In this document: positions 1 through 9,252 of the stretch, piece by piece
How the letters are laid out: every line of letters starts with the position of its first letter
How positions within the stretch are numbered: position 1 is the first letter of the stretch
Source: a virus
Reading direction: 5' to 3' (one strand)
IMG/VR virus record: IMGVR_UViG_3300049198_000011
Coordinates: 1 to 44,033 of that record
Length of the DNA: 44,033 nt
The notes under the pieces: model-generated
What the model was told of the DNA's origin: nothing
Database searches by the model: none
Seen by the model: only the letters and a program-made list of their open reading frames with translations
Made by a program: the position numbers and the translations under genes

Positions 1-127
1 ACGGCTCTGGATTTTTCCAATCAACGGGTAGTGGCACAATATCCACAGCCTGACCGATAATGTGGCGGCTTTTCAGTGTTCGCGTGAATCCTTGCTTCAT
101 CAGCTCGGCTTGACGCTCTGGCGTTCT
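1..127. repeat. Terminal duplication, copy 1; identical to 43907-44033 (circular-assembly overlap)
   Basis: Direct comparison: acggctctggatttttccaatcaacggg...gacgctctggcgttct is present at both window ends, 127/127 identical. Confidence 0.95.
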
Positions 128-253
128 CAGCCCTTCAATGACGGTAAAATCAACGGGTGACAACTCAAGCGCCCTAGCGACAACGCGAACCAAATCAGGA
201 TGAACTCCAGACAGGTTGCGCTTGCTTCTTTCGCCCAATATCCATCTACTCAT
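1..253 (-). CDS. Endolysin, M15-family peptidase (VanY / L-Ala-D-Glu peptidase-like), N-terminal part; continues at 43785-43906 across the circular junction
   Basis: ATG at 251-253 overlaps the upstream stop (ATGA). Translation is MSRWILGERSKRNLSGVHPDLVRVVARALELSPVDFTVIEGLRTPERQAELMKQGFTRTLKSRH... The joined ORF is 124 aa and carries SRH-x6-D plus a DLPH zinc-ligand pattern. Confidence 0.8.
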   Translation of the reverse strand, partial: MSRWILGERSKRNLSGVHPDLVRVVARALELSPVDFTVIEGLRTPERQAELMKQGFTRTLKSRHIIGQAVDIVPLPVDWKNPEP

Positions 254-1527
254 CAAAAAAACCTCACGCCATTTTTACCGTCAACATAAACGGTCATTGT
301 GTTGCCAACTGGCACTGATGGCGTACTTACAGGTAATCCGGCAGTTATCGGCCAATCTGTGCGCGCCCCATTAACTATACAGTACATATTCAGAAATTGC
401 GCTTTTAGGCATCTTCTATAATTTTGCCCCGTCAACTGCGGAACCGCCCCAGCACCAAACTTTAGCGATTGGTTTGTGGATGCGATTGGTATGAAATTGC
501 TTATCTCTTCATCTATTAGCACCGACCCGTTAACATAAAACTTAAACTGTTTTTTGTTTGGGTCTGGCTTATTTAAAAACTCAAATCTATAAGAGCCGCG
601 CTTTATATCAATAGTGAGCGGAAATATTGCCAGTGTTTCGAGCAGCCCTGTTGCGCTTTCTCCTGTTTTTATAGCGATATACTGAAATTCAGATCCAGAA
701 CTAATCGATATATCGACAACAATCAGGAAGCTCGCCCAATCCTGGTCGCAAAAGCTTTGCTCGAAAAGCGTTAAATAAACATCATCCTGCCGGTGGCATT
801 TGCTGTTAAAGTTGGCTCCAATATCAAACCCGACCTCAAAACTTGATGCGTTCAAGTTACTTATGGCCGGACTCGCCGTTTGATAAACTTTTTTCTTTTC
901 AATGCCGTTACGCTGGTTCTTGTGCCGGTACTCAACCTGAAACTTATTACCAGCAGTCATGCCGCATGACAGCAGCTTTATGCCTGAATGACTAACCAAC
1001 GAATCATAAACAACGTCGTACCTGTCGCGCTGTAGTCGCTCATAAATAGTGCCGCCTTTAACGTAAAAGATATGAGCGTCACTCATCGGGTCGCCGGTGT
1101 CGTCAATCAAATCAAAACCGCATAAAGGCTGCTCAGCGTTGGCGTCAATAACGCGCTTGATATAAGCGGATGCTATCGAATCGAAATACCACAAGCGAAG
1201 CTCAGTCCCGACTTGATAAAACACGATGGCGCGCCCGAGCTGGTCAAACGTGAAGTCTAGCGCCTCAATTGCATCTGCCTCGGTTAATATCGTGGTTGGC
1301 GCTGCCCATGTCGCGTCATCAATAGCGCCTCGCATATAAACCACGCCGGATTGTTGATAGCAAACCCAATAGCGATTGTTTATTGAGCCTTGCGAGTCGG
1401 CAAGCGCCAATGGCCCAACCTTAACCGCTTGAATATTGCCAAACGACGCAGGCGGCTTTGGCAAGACCCTAACAGGGTAAAGCTGCGGCTTAGTTGTGCA
1501 TGACCAATCTGGATGCTTTGGGCGCAT
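253..1527 (-). CDS. Hypothetical late protein, 424 aa (distal tail / fibre region)
   Basis: Long ORF, stop/start coupled to both neighbours, in the late operon downstream of the tail-tip genes. No family recognised. Confidence 0.6.
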   Translation of the reverse strand: MRPKHPDWSCTTKPQLYPVRVLPKPPASFGNIQAVKVGPLALADSQGSINNRYWVCYQQSGVVYMRGAIDDATWAAPTTILTEADAIEALDFTFDQLGRAIVFYQVGTELRLWYFDSIASAYIKRVIDANAEQPLCGFDLIDDTGDPMSDAHIFYVKGGTIYERLQRDRYDVVYDSLVSHSGIKLLSCGMTAGNKFQVEYRHKNQRNGIEKKKVYQTASPAISNLNASSFEVGFDIGANFNSKCHRQDDVYLTLFEQSFCDQDWASFLIVVDISISSGSEFQYIAIKTGESATGLLETLAIFPLTIDIKRGSYRFEFLNKPDPNKKQFKFYVNGSVLIDEEISNFIPIASTNQSLKFGAGAVPQLTGQNYRRCLKAQFLNMYCIVNGARTDWPITAGLPVSTPSVPVGNTMTVYVDGKNGVRFF

Positions 1528-1528
1528 G

Positions 1529-2443
1529 TTACGCCCTTACGCACGTAAATCTAAGGCGTAGCGTTAGGCTGAAGCTAGTTGTTTTTGGTATCACCGGCGT
1601 GAACTCGTACTTGTAACCAACACTGGTTGATATGGGGACTGATAAAACCTTTATCCCGCCTGTTGCGTTTAGCTGGTTGATGCTTCCTGTGTACGTTCTT
1701 TCCTTCCCGCCAGTAATGTTTGTGAAAAGAGCGCTGGTGCTTGATGCGGTGCCTGAAGCTGACGTTGGGGCGATTCCGTGAGCGCCAAAAACAGATGTAG
1801 AGCCGTAAGAAATGAAAGATGCGCCAGCAAAGTCTGCTCTTAAAATTGAGTTTGGCGGACTAGAGTAGCTTGAGCCGACCCTACCAATTACCGCATGCGT
1901 CGTGCCATTGATTACAACGCTTGATGTATAGTCAATTAAAGGGATGTATACCTCAAACGTATAATTCACAACCAGCTGGTCTGTCGCGGTTACTGTTATT
2001 GGCGTTGGCGCGCCGAAACTGTCCTTCGTTAGTGAGCGCGAGTTTAGTTGTCCAGAGTTCGACCCGCCAGTGCCTGGTGCAAACTCAAAGCCAACCTCAC
2101 TAATATTCCCGACAACCGCGCCAACAGCCGCAATAAACTGATTTATGCTTTTTGCGACAATCCTGTTGTTCGGTGTATCAATTGCGCCAACAGTTTCACT
2201 GTTACTTGATATTGCAATCGACGCAACCTGAGAAGCCAGGGATGTATCGCTGTTTGCTGGAGGTGTCACTCCAGTACCAACAACGCAGGTCATGTTTGTT
2301 GCTAACATCGTGTTATTTGCGGCAAAACGGTTGAAGAATGTATCTAAAATGAGATTCTTAAACCAGCCTGTTTCAGTCATTGTGCCGTCAGCATGCTTAA
2401 CTTGCATGTTGATAAATCCTGCAACCCCGTGCTGTATATTCAT
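1529..2443 (-). CDS. Hypothetical late protein, 304 aa, Ser/Thr/Gly/Asn-rich (possible receptor-binding protein)
   Basis: ORF packed tightly between late genes; composition typical of fibre or RBP domains. No motif recognised. Confidence 0.55.
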   Translation of the reverse strand: MNIQHGVAGFINMQVKHADGTMTETGWFKNLILDTFFNRFAANNTMLATNMTCVVGTGVTPPANSDTSLASQVASIAISSNSETVGAIDTPNNRIVAKSINQFIAAVGAVVGNISEVGFEFAPGTGGSNSGQLNSRSLTKDSFGAPTPITVTATDQLVVNYTFEVYIPLIDYTSSVVINGTTHAVIGRVGSSYSSPPNSILRADFAGASFISYGSTSVFGAHGIAPTSASGTASSTSALFTNITGGKERTYTGSINQLNATGGIKVLSVPISTSVGYKYEFTPVIPKTTSFSLTLRLRFTCVRA

Positions 2444-2446
2444 TAC

Positions 2447-2896
2447 TTACTCCGCCGTCATTGTTATGCTGACGATTGATGGAATTGAAACAACTACAGG
2501 CTCGTTAAAGTCCTGAGTTATAGGTGTTAGCGTTGTCACTGATACCACGGCAGGCACCGACAATGACACCGCCTCAGTTAAATTGCTATAAAGCGGCTCT
2601 TTCAACTCTACGTTTACAACGCTAGGAACGCTGAGCGCGACGCCTTCAACCTCAGTTATTACTTTTGCTGTAGATTCTAAAATAACACTGATGATGGAAG
2701 GTATTTGTAAATTAACCGCCTCAACAAAGCCGATTACCGGAGGCTCGATCATCTCAATGGAAATGACTGACGGGATGCTAACAGATGCCGCGTCAGGTGC
2801 CATCTTTACAGGATAAAGAAAGCTAACTAGCGCCTTCTTTACGTTTGTGCTGAATCCACCAGCGACAATTGGGAATAGCTGCCTTTTATCTGACAT
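2447..2896 (-). CDS. Late protein with five 24-residue (I/V)P(S/A)-V-V-S-V repeats, 149 aa
   Basis: Start trimmed to MSDKRQLFP (ATG 2894-2896), which overlaps the upstream TAA (TAATG). Repeats are SIPSVISI / QIPSIISV / SVPSVVNV / SVPAVVSV / SIPSIVSI, spaced 24, 26, 24 and 24 residues. Confidence 0.6.
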   Translation of the reverse strand: MSDKRQLFPIVAGGFSTNVKKALVSFLYPVKMAPDAASVSIPSVISIEMIEPPVIGFVEAVNLQIPSIISVILESTAKVITEVEGVALSVPSVVNVELKEPLYSNLTEAVSLSVPAVVSVTTLTPITQDFNEPVVVSIPSIVSITMTAE

Positions 2897-3498
2897 TAGT
2901 AACCCAACATGCCAACAACCGCCCACTCCGTTTCGCTAATGCTGCCAATAGCGATTGTGCAATTTTTGCCATAAGTCTGCGCGCTTGAGTCTTCAGGAAT
3001 TCTAATCTCTACACCTGCGATGGGCTGCAAGACAACTGGCCCATCGCCCTTTTGTGTGAAAAACATCAGAATGCCAGTTTGAAAATCAATAGGGCTATCC
3101 ATTACCGGCTTACCAACAGTTACCGTTACTTGGTTTTCATTATCAACCACAAACCAGTTGTTGTGATTTAATCCGGTAACACTGAACGCTAATTCGGTCG
3201 GGTTAAACTTGTTTACAATCGTCATGAACGGGTCTTGCAGGATGAACTCCGCAATCTCTACATTCAGCGAATTGTAAGCCTTATACTTTCCGTCCTGTGC
3301 GTAAAAGGCGTATTGCCCGTAAATGTCAGTAAAGAAAGGGTTTGGCAACAGTGGCGAAGTAATATCGTTCAGCGTGTAAAGCTTTGCGATTTCACCGCTG
3401 CCAGCTCTACGGATTGTCACGGCTTGGTTTTGCGCCAAGATATTCCCCGAGCCAGCCTGAGCTGCATCTAAAATGCCCTGTATCTTAAATTGCTGCAT
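2896..3498 (-). CDS. Hypothetical tail fibre/spike-like protein, 200 aa
   Basis: The N-terminal pattern (AKLYTLNDITSPLLPNPFFTDIYGQYAFYAQDGKYK) resembles the conserved N-termini of phage fibres and spikes. The gene follows the tail-tip gene. Confidence 0.45.
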   Translation of the reverse strand: MQQFKIQGILDAAQAGSGNILAQNQAVTIRRAGSGEIAKLYTLNDITSPLLPNPFFTDIYGQYAFYAQDGKYKAYNSLNVEIAEFILQDPFMTIVNKFNPTELAFSVTGLNHNNWFVVDNENQVTVTVGKPVMDSPIDFQTGILMFFTQKGDGPVVLQPIAGVEIRIPEDSSAQTYGKNCTIAIGSISETEWAVVGMLGY

Positions 3499-5813
3499 TA
3501 GATGATTGGCCCTTTAATTTTATCGTTAGAGTCACCGGCTATTATTGTAAGCGTTTTTCCATTGCGAAGTATAGCAGCGCCTGACTGACCGCCAACTGCG
3601 CCGCCGATAGTGCCCTGACCTTGCTTGCCGAGTTCGCCGCCGGACAGATAACCAGCGCCAGAGCCTGGCGCATTGATTGAGCCTGCTGGGGCTTTCGGCG
3701 TTGTTGTCGCGATGTCATTAAATAAGCCGGCGTCGCCGCCGTCGCCGCCAGTGTGCCCCTGACCGCCGCCACCGCCCTTACCGACTCTTGGGTTTGCGCC
3801 ACATATACCGGCAGTTCCAGCACCACCACCGCCACCACCGCCAACAATGCCGTATAGAGTGTCTATCTTGGTGTCGGTGCTAAGGCTTAATGCTGGGCCG
3901 CCATTCGCGCCGTTGTCGCCTTGGCTGAACACACAGCCGCCTTCCGTTGACACATAGCCGCCATTGCCGCCATTACCGCCTTTGCCAACTATTCGGCCAA
4001 AGTTAATCAGATAAAGCGTTGCGCCTGCTGGGAATGTGCCTTGAATAAAACCAGCTGTTGCTATTGAATCAGATCCAATCAATGCGCCCTGCTCAACCAC
4101 AACGATGTATTCTTTAGAGCCACCGGCCGCAAGGATTGTAGCAAACTCAGGGTCAGCCGCTAAGTTGTAGTTAATGTAAGTGCCGGACTTTATCAGATAG
4201 TCGAATTTGGGCGGGATGTTGGCGTTATAGCTAAGCCCTGTAACTTCAACCAACCCATCAGACGCAGCGCGAATGCTTGTGCACTGCAGCACTAGCGTTA
4301 CATCATTGCCTGACGGGTTGACTTGGCAGTTTTTCGGCAGCGTCACTTGATAGGTTGAGCCAAGCCATAAGCGCTTATCGCCCGGTAAAACACCGGCATA
4401 GCTTGCATCTGTTTTAAACTTTATCTGCTTTGGAATGCTGCTGAACTCTGCAACTTTCCTGTCGATGATTTGCAGCGCAATCTGATTGCCGTCGATGTTG
4501 TTTGCCAGCCAGCGGCTTTGAATGTCTTTGCCTGCACTGCCAACACGAAGCCGAGCCGCACCCTCTTGTAGCACGTTTACCGCTCGTGCGTTCTTGGCGT
4601 AGTTGGTGCGCTCAGTCAGCGTGTGATTACGCAAGCCCCACCGGATAAACTGGTTGGTTATCAGCTTGTCGAACTGGTTTGTTTGAGTAAATGTGCCGAA
4701 CTGGAAATGCTCACCCGCCGTGAAAGTAATCACCGGCTCAGCCACTACGCCCGATGGCACAATGGTTATTTCTTTCAGTACAACATCAGTGTAAATCGTC
4801 AAGCCTGCATGCTGTATCAGCTCGTTGATAAGCTCTTTAACCTCCATCGGCGTGAAGATAACCGCCGTGAAATTAAATATTGAAAGCTCGCCCGCCTTCA
4901 GTGCATTCCACTTGGCTGTCGGAATGTAGCTGGCTGGAATTTCAGTTAGTGCGAACAGCTCAAGCAAAATGTCAATAACGTTCACGTTATTCCACGCCAA
5001 ACAGCGCTGAATGCTGGCGTTAATCTCTTGCGCTTGTGCGTAGGTGCCGAACTTGTTTTGTGAGATGGTGGCGGATGTTGGTGAGTTAATGGTGTACTGC
5101 ATAATATTGTCGCCAATAATCCAATGTCCAGATGTGCCATATTCGCCAGCTGTATCAAGCGCGTTAAACGTGCAGCTTGTGGCGTTCTCTGCCAATGGCG
5201 CAGCAAGCAAACCGCTAGTGACAAAAGGCACTTTAACGTTAAGGCCATCGGTTAGCGCCAGAACATCAAGCAGCCCGAAGCTGACGCTACCATCTAGTGC
5301 AGGACCCTGATAGCTGTCTATCACATAATGCTCAGTCTCGAAGTTCTCCGGATAGAAATATCCGTCTGTCGTATAGCCGCGCAATATCCGAGCCTCGCGG
5401 AATTTGAACTCATTACGCGCAAACATCTTCGCCCAAAATGAGCCTGTGACTCTGCGGTTTGCATACAAGCCTTGCAGCTCGTAACTGTCGGTGCTGATAA
5501 AGTCCCGAAGCGTGATTGATGCAGTTGACCGGACGCCAATATCTTGCCCGGGATTAACCTTTGGCGGCTCACTGCTGGCAGATACAAGATTCGGAAAGCA
5601 GTTAAGGCCAAATATTTGCTGGTCACAAAAGCTATATGTTTTTACTTCGCCTGCTTTGTATGCGCGAATATCGTTGGTTGTTTTCGGTGTGCCGAAACTT
5701 GATAAGTCAGCAGCAAAAACGCTATCAAATGCGGGGTCGTTTTTGTCCAAATCAATCTGGAAAATAACAACAGCTTTTCTGCCTGTGCCTTGCTTTATAT
5801 CCAAGTAAGCCAT
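3498..5813 (-). CDS. Tail tip / hub protein (gpJ/Tal-like by position), 771 aa, with glycine-rich C-terminal domain
   Basis: Largest ORF after the tape measure and the 263-aa protein. The C-terminal ~170 aa contain GKGGNGGNGG, GGGGGGGAGTAG, GKGGGGGQGHTGGDGGDAG. Confidence 0.5.
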   Translation of the reverse strand: MAYLDIKQGTGRKAVVIFQIDLDKNDPAFDSVFAADLSSFGTPKTTNDIRAYKAGEVKTYSFCDQQIFGLNCFPNLVSASSEPPKVNPGQDIGVRSTASITLRDFISTDSYELQGLYANRRVTGSFWAKMFARNEFKFREARILRGYTTDGYFYPENFETEHYVIDSYQGPALDGSVSFGLLDVLALTDGLNVKVPFVTSGLLAAPLAENATSCTFNALDTAGEYGTSGHWIIGDNIMQYTINSPTSATISQNKFGTYAQAQEINASIQRCLAWNNVNVIDILLELFALTEIPASYIPTAKWNALKAGELSIFNFTAVIFTPMEVKELINELIQHAGLTIYTDVVLKEITIVPSGVVAEPVITFTAGEHFQFGTFTQTNQFDKLITNQFIRWGLRNHTLTERTNYAKNARAVNVLQEGAARLRVGSAGKDIQSRWLANNIDGNQIALQIIDRKVAEFSSIPKQIKFKTDASYAGVLPGDKRLWLGSTYQVTLPKNCQVNPSGNDVTLVLQCTSIRAASDGLVEVTGLSYNANIPPKFDYLIKSGTYINYNLAADPEFATILAAGGSKEYIVVVEQGALIGSDSIATAGFIQGTFPAGATLYLINFGRIVGKGGNGGNGGYVSTEGGCVFSQGDNGANGGPALSLSTDTKIDTLYGIVGGGGGGGAGTAGICGANPRVGKGGGGGQGHTGGDGGDAGLFNDIATTTPKAPAGSINAPGSGAGYLSGGELGKQGQGTIGGAVGGQSGAAILRNGKTLTIIAGDSNDKIKGPII

Positions 5814-6604
5814 TATGCAGAGCCCTTAACTGTTAGCGTGAATGATGCGAACAGCGGCGAAGTGTACGAAGCGGTGTCTTGCTCCCACTGGCCATAGATA
5901 CATTCGTTGCCGTACATCTCTTGATTCCACCCGACCCACACCGGCAACCCTTTGGCGTCGTCGATAAAGCCAGCCCACACTGAGCGCACCCACTCGTGCG
6001 GGATGAGCTTAAACGGCAATACTTCTTTGTTTCCCTTGGTGTTTATTGTTGACCGGCCAACAGAATTGGCTTGTGTCGTGTGCCCTGTGATTTCGTCCTC
6101 AGTATTCCACCTTGCCGGCACAAATCCAATCGACGGACTGCATGGCATTTTAAGGCACTCGCCAAAAGCAATTTCACCAACCTGAAAAGCTGATGCAGCA
6201 GTTATTTCGATTTTAGCTTTAACTGACAGCTGGTTTTCAAAAACAACCATTACCGGCTGACTGTCTCGCCCGTTCTGCGCCGTTACGACAAGGTAATAGG
6301 ATGAGGCATCAGCATTCCATAGGTAAAGGCTAATCGTCGCGCCAGAGCTTGCCAGATTCGCACCAGCAACCGAAAAACAGTTAATGGTTGACACTGTTGG
6401 TAGTTGCAGTTCAATCGTTGTCAAGCCTGCGCTGCCGGTGTAATAAATGTTTGTCAGCCGGTCATGCAGTGGCGCAACGTCACCACCCTGCAAAACAGTG
6501 GCCGATGACATTAGGTTTTTATACATGATATACGTGGCAACGTCAGCTGTTACGCTGACACCGCCACCGACATTGAGAAATAAAATATTGCCTATTTGCT
6601 GCAT
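5813..6604 (-). CDS. Distal tail protein-like, 263 aa (called by position)
   Basis: Immediately downstream of the tape measure gene and coupled to the tail-tip gene (ATG/stop overlap at 5813). Confidence 0.4.
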   Translation of the reverse strand: MQQIGNILFLNVGGGVSVTADVATYIMYKNLMSSATVLQGGDVAPLHDRLTNIYYTGSAGLTTIELQLPTVSTINCFSVAGANLASSGATISLYLWNADASSYYLVVTAQNGRDSQPVMVVFENQLSVKAKIEITAASAFQVGEIAFGECLKMPCSPSIGFVPARWNTEDEITGHTTQANSVGRSTINTKGNKEVLPFKLIPHEWVRSVWAGFIDDAKGLPVWVGWNQEMYGNECIYGQWEQDTASYTSPLFASFTLTVKGSA

Positions 6605-6605
6605 G

Positions 6606-8903
6606 TTATGGGCCTATTCTGCGGGCTGATTCTACACCTTGCATGTATTGTAGCATTGTCCGCGCCGGAATTGGCTGACCAGATATTGCGAATTCCTCAA
6701 GCTGTCGCTTCAGTTCGTCGCTGCCGATAATCGAAAGCGATTGCGCCTGCTCTTGCGCCTGCGGTAACTGAGGTGCTGGTGTTGATGCGCCTGCGCCGCC
6801 GCCAAGTGATACGCCCGCACCGGAGCCGCCGCCGTCAAACGTGGTGCTGCGTATTGCGTTGATTTGCTGCAAGCCTTGAGCCGCCATTGCTGCCGCCGGA
6901 ATTAAGCCCCATGGATAGCCGCCGCCGTTTTTAAAGCTCTCCATGACAGCAGCCGGTAGTGATACAGCAGCCTGCGCCAATGATAGCTTCTTGCCGATTT
7001 CGAATATCTTTTTGCTCTGCCCCTGCCCGTAGCTAGCAAGCGCATTGCCGAGCCGTCCAGCGCTGTCAATCCTGTTTCTGTACTCAAGTCTGTCAAGCTC
7101 AGCCCTTGCTGCCCTGCCTTGGTCGCGGATTTCAGTTAGGCGCTGCTCTGTGGTTTGCTGTTGCAGGATTAGTTGCTCATCCAGCTGCCGCAAAGCTTCA
7201 GCTCTGCCGAAGTCTGCCAGCTCAGTCTCGCTTTGTATCTTAGCTCTGCGCTCTGATGCTGCTGAAAGCTCTTTCTGCAACCGCTCAGACTCAAGCGCCT
7301 CCTGCTCGGAAAACGCGAGCTGCAACCTTGCGCGCTCCTTCTCGAAGTGACCGGCGTTTATGTCGTTAACGATTCCGCCGTATTGCGCGTAAAGTGCTGA
7401 CCTTGTTTCAAGTGACTTTCTGATTAGCTCGTTTTCGAAGTCAAGCCCTTGTGTTAGCGTGTCGCTTTTTTGCTCCCTACCTGCAAAGATATCTTCCAGC
7501 TTGCCTTCGCCGCCGGTAATTCTTTTTTGCGTTTTGGCAAGCTCTGCCTGCTGCTCTTTGTTAACCGGAGTTGTCGCCGTCCTTGTGCGCTCAACATCCA
7601 GCAACTCTTTGTTTAACTCAAGCTCAGCAAGGTATTCAAGTCGCTTTATCTTTGCGCGCTGCGTTGCCTCTGCCGATAACTTTTTCTCTTCTTTATTCTG
7701 TGCAAGAATGCCGTTAACGGTGCTTGCCCTTGCATCTTCAATTCTTTGAAGCTCAGCGTTTACTGCTTTTAATTCCTCTGTTAGGTCGCCGCCAAACTTG
7801 CCCTTAATATAGGCCTCAAAGTTAAGGGCGTTTTTCAGCCTTACCGCTGTGTCATCAGCAAACGCAGCAATCTCTACAGTGGCGATTTGCACAAACGCCT
7901 GCACGTTTGGCACTGCATTAATGAAGGCGTCTTTTAATAGCTGTGATATCTCACCAGACCACGCCTTTGATGATAAAACGATATCGTCTTGAGTAATGCC
8001 GAACCTGCTCGCCAACTCATCCAGCGAACCAAGCGCCCTGTCAATTTGACCAGAGAATAGGTCGCCAAACTCGGTAAAGTAGCCGGAAGAAAGCAGCAGC
8101 GACAGCTCATCAAATGCCTTCGACAAATCTATGATTGTTTCACTTAACGCCGCGCCTACGCCTGTGGTTTCGTTAAATGTGCCAATGAATTTTGTCAGGC
8201 TATTATCGGCAACAGTAATCGAATCAGCGATTGATGGTATTGCCTTTTCAAACGCAGCTTGGAATTCTGGCAGCTCGTTTTTAATGGCTTTGAATACTCG
8301 CTCAGAAACTAGTTTGCCTTCTGCGCCCAAATCCTTCAGTTGACCGACGTTCACGCCGAACTCTTTTGCAATCGCCTTCGCAACAGGTAAAGAGGCTTCC
8401 ATAACGGACTTTAACTCGTCGCCGTTTAATACGCCATTGCCGAAGCCTTGCGATAGCTGGGTGAGAATTGAGCTCACTTCAGCCGCCGTGGATCCATTCG
8501 CCTTAAATGCTTTAGTGAGCCCGTCAACAACATCAAGAACATCAGCTTGGCTGAATCCAAACTCTTTAACGGCGTTGTCAATCCGCTGAAACGCCAGCGC
8601 CACACCCTCTACATCAACCCTTCCGGATTGCGCGATGGAAAAAACCTGTGCTTGGATTGCCTCATACTCAGCAAGGCTGTTTGATGCCTGCCTGATTTTA
8701 TTGCCGACGTTTGTCCATGCGTCTGCGTACTGAACAAGCTCTCTGACACTCAGCGCAGCAACTACAGCGGCAGCAACCTTCGTCATGCTGGACTGAACGC
8801 CATCCGCCGCCTTACCAACGCCCACAAGGTCGCTATCCAGAGCCTTGGCGCTGACTCTTGCGTCCCTTGTGTCCAAAATTATCTTAATGCGCTTATCAGT
8901 CAT
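6606..8903 (-). CDS. Tail length tape measure protein, 765 aa
   Basis: Long Ala/Glu/Leu/Gln-rich coiled-coil protein directly after the frameshifted chaperone pair; Gly-rich segment (GGGSGAGVSLGGGAGAS) near the C-terminus. Confidence 0.8.
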   Translation of the reverse strand: MTDKRIKIILDTRDARVSAKALDSDLVGVGKAADGVQSSMTKVAAAVVAALSVRELVQYADAWTNVGNKIRQASNSLAEYEAIQAQVFSIAQSGRVDVEGVALAFQRIDNAVKEFGFSQADVLDVVDGLTKAFKANGSTAAEVSSILTQLSQGFGNGVLNGDELKSVMEASLPVAKAIAKEFGVNVGQLKDLGAEGKLVSERVFKAIKNELPEFQAAFEKAIPSIADSITVADNSLTKFIGTFNETTGVGAALSETIIDLSKAFDELSLLLSSGYFTEFGDLFSGQIDRALGSLDELASRFGITQDDIVLSSKAWSGEISQLLKDAFINAVPNVQAFVQIATVEIAAFADDTAVRLKNALNFEAYIKGKFGGDLTEELKAVNAELQRIEDARASTVNGILAQNKEEKKLSAEATQRAKIKRLEYLAELELNKELLDVERTRTATTPVNKEQQAELAKTQKRITGGEGKLEDIFAGREQKSDTLTQGLDFENELIRKSLETRSALYAQYGGIVNDINAGHFEKERARLQLAFSEQEALESERLQKELSAASERRAKIQSETELADFGRAEALRQLDEQLILQQQTTEQRLTEIRDQGRAARAELDRLEYRNRIDSAGRLGNALASYGQGQSKKIFEIGKKLSLAQAAVSLPAAVMESFKNGGGYPWGLIPAAAMAAQGLQQINAIRSTTFDGGGSGAGVSLGGGAGASTPAPQLPQAQEQAQSLSIIGSDELKRQLEEFAISGQPIPARTMLQYMQGVESARRIGP

Positions 8904-9244
8904 GTCTTGTTACCTTTTGATTTTAAGCTGTCGATGTCGCGCTTAACTTTGGCGGAGCAGATGGATAAAAACTCAGAGTCCAGCCCGTTTATTATAAACT
9001 CTGCAATGTCGCTATCGCAAAGACCACAATCGGAAAGCTCTTGCACAATGCGCCGCGGTATCGGCTTCATTTCTTCTGCATAGCGCCTGCACTTATAAAA
9101 CAGCGACAGCAGCTGGCTTTGATAACCGTCAAGCTTCTTTGGTCTGAGCTTTTCAAACTCGCTAAGCCGCTTCCACGCTAAATAATTTCGCCTACACGCC
9201 TCTTCTGGGTCTGCTTCGTCTGGATAATCTTCACGCAGCGACAT
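8900..9244 (-). CDS. Tail assembly chaperone, -1 frame extension (T part of G/GT)
   Basis: This frame stays open upstream of its ATG through the slippery site at 9258-9264 and lies in the -1 frame relative to 9253-9780. Its stop overlaps the tape measure start (ATGA). Confidence 0.7.
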   Translation of the reverse strand: MSLREDYPDEADPEEACRRNYLAWKRLSEFEKLRPKKLDGYQSQLLSLFYKCRRYAEEMKPIPRRIVQELSDCGLCDSDIAEFIINGLDSEFLSICSAKVKRDIDSLKSKGNKT

Positions 9245-9252
9245 TATCCAGT

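Noticed and set aside
3542-3847. 101-aa ORF overlapping the glycine-rich end of the tail-tip gene in another frame
   Set aside because: A low-complexity GC-rich region keeps an alternative frame open. The product is Ala/Val/Arg-rich nonsense, and there is no RBS.
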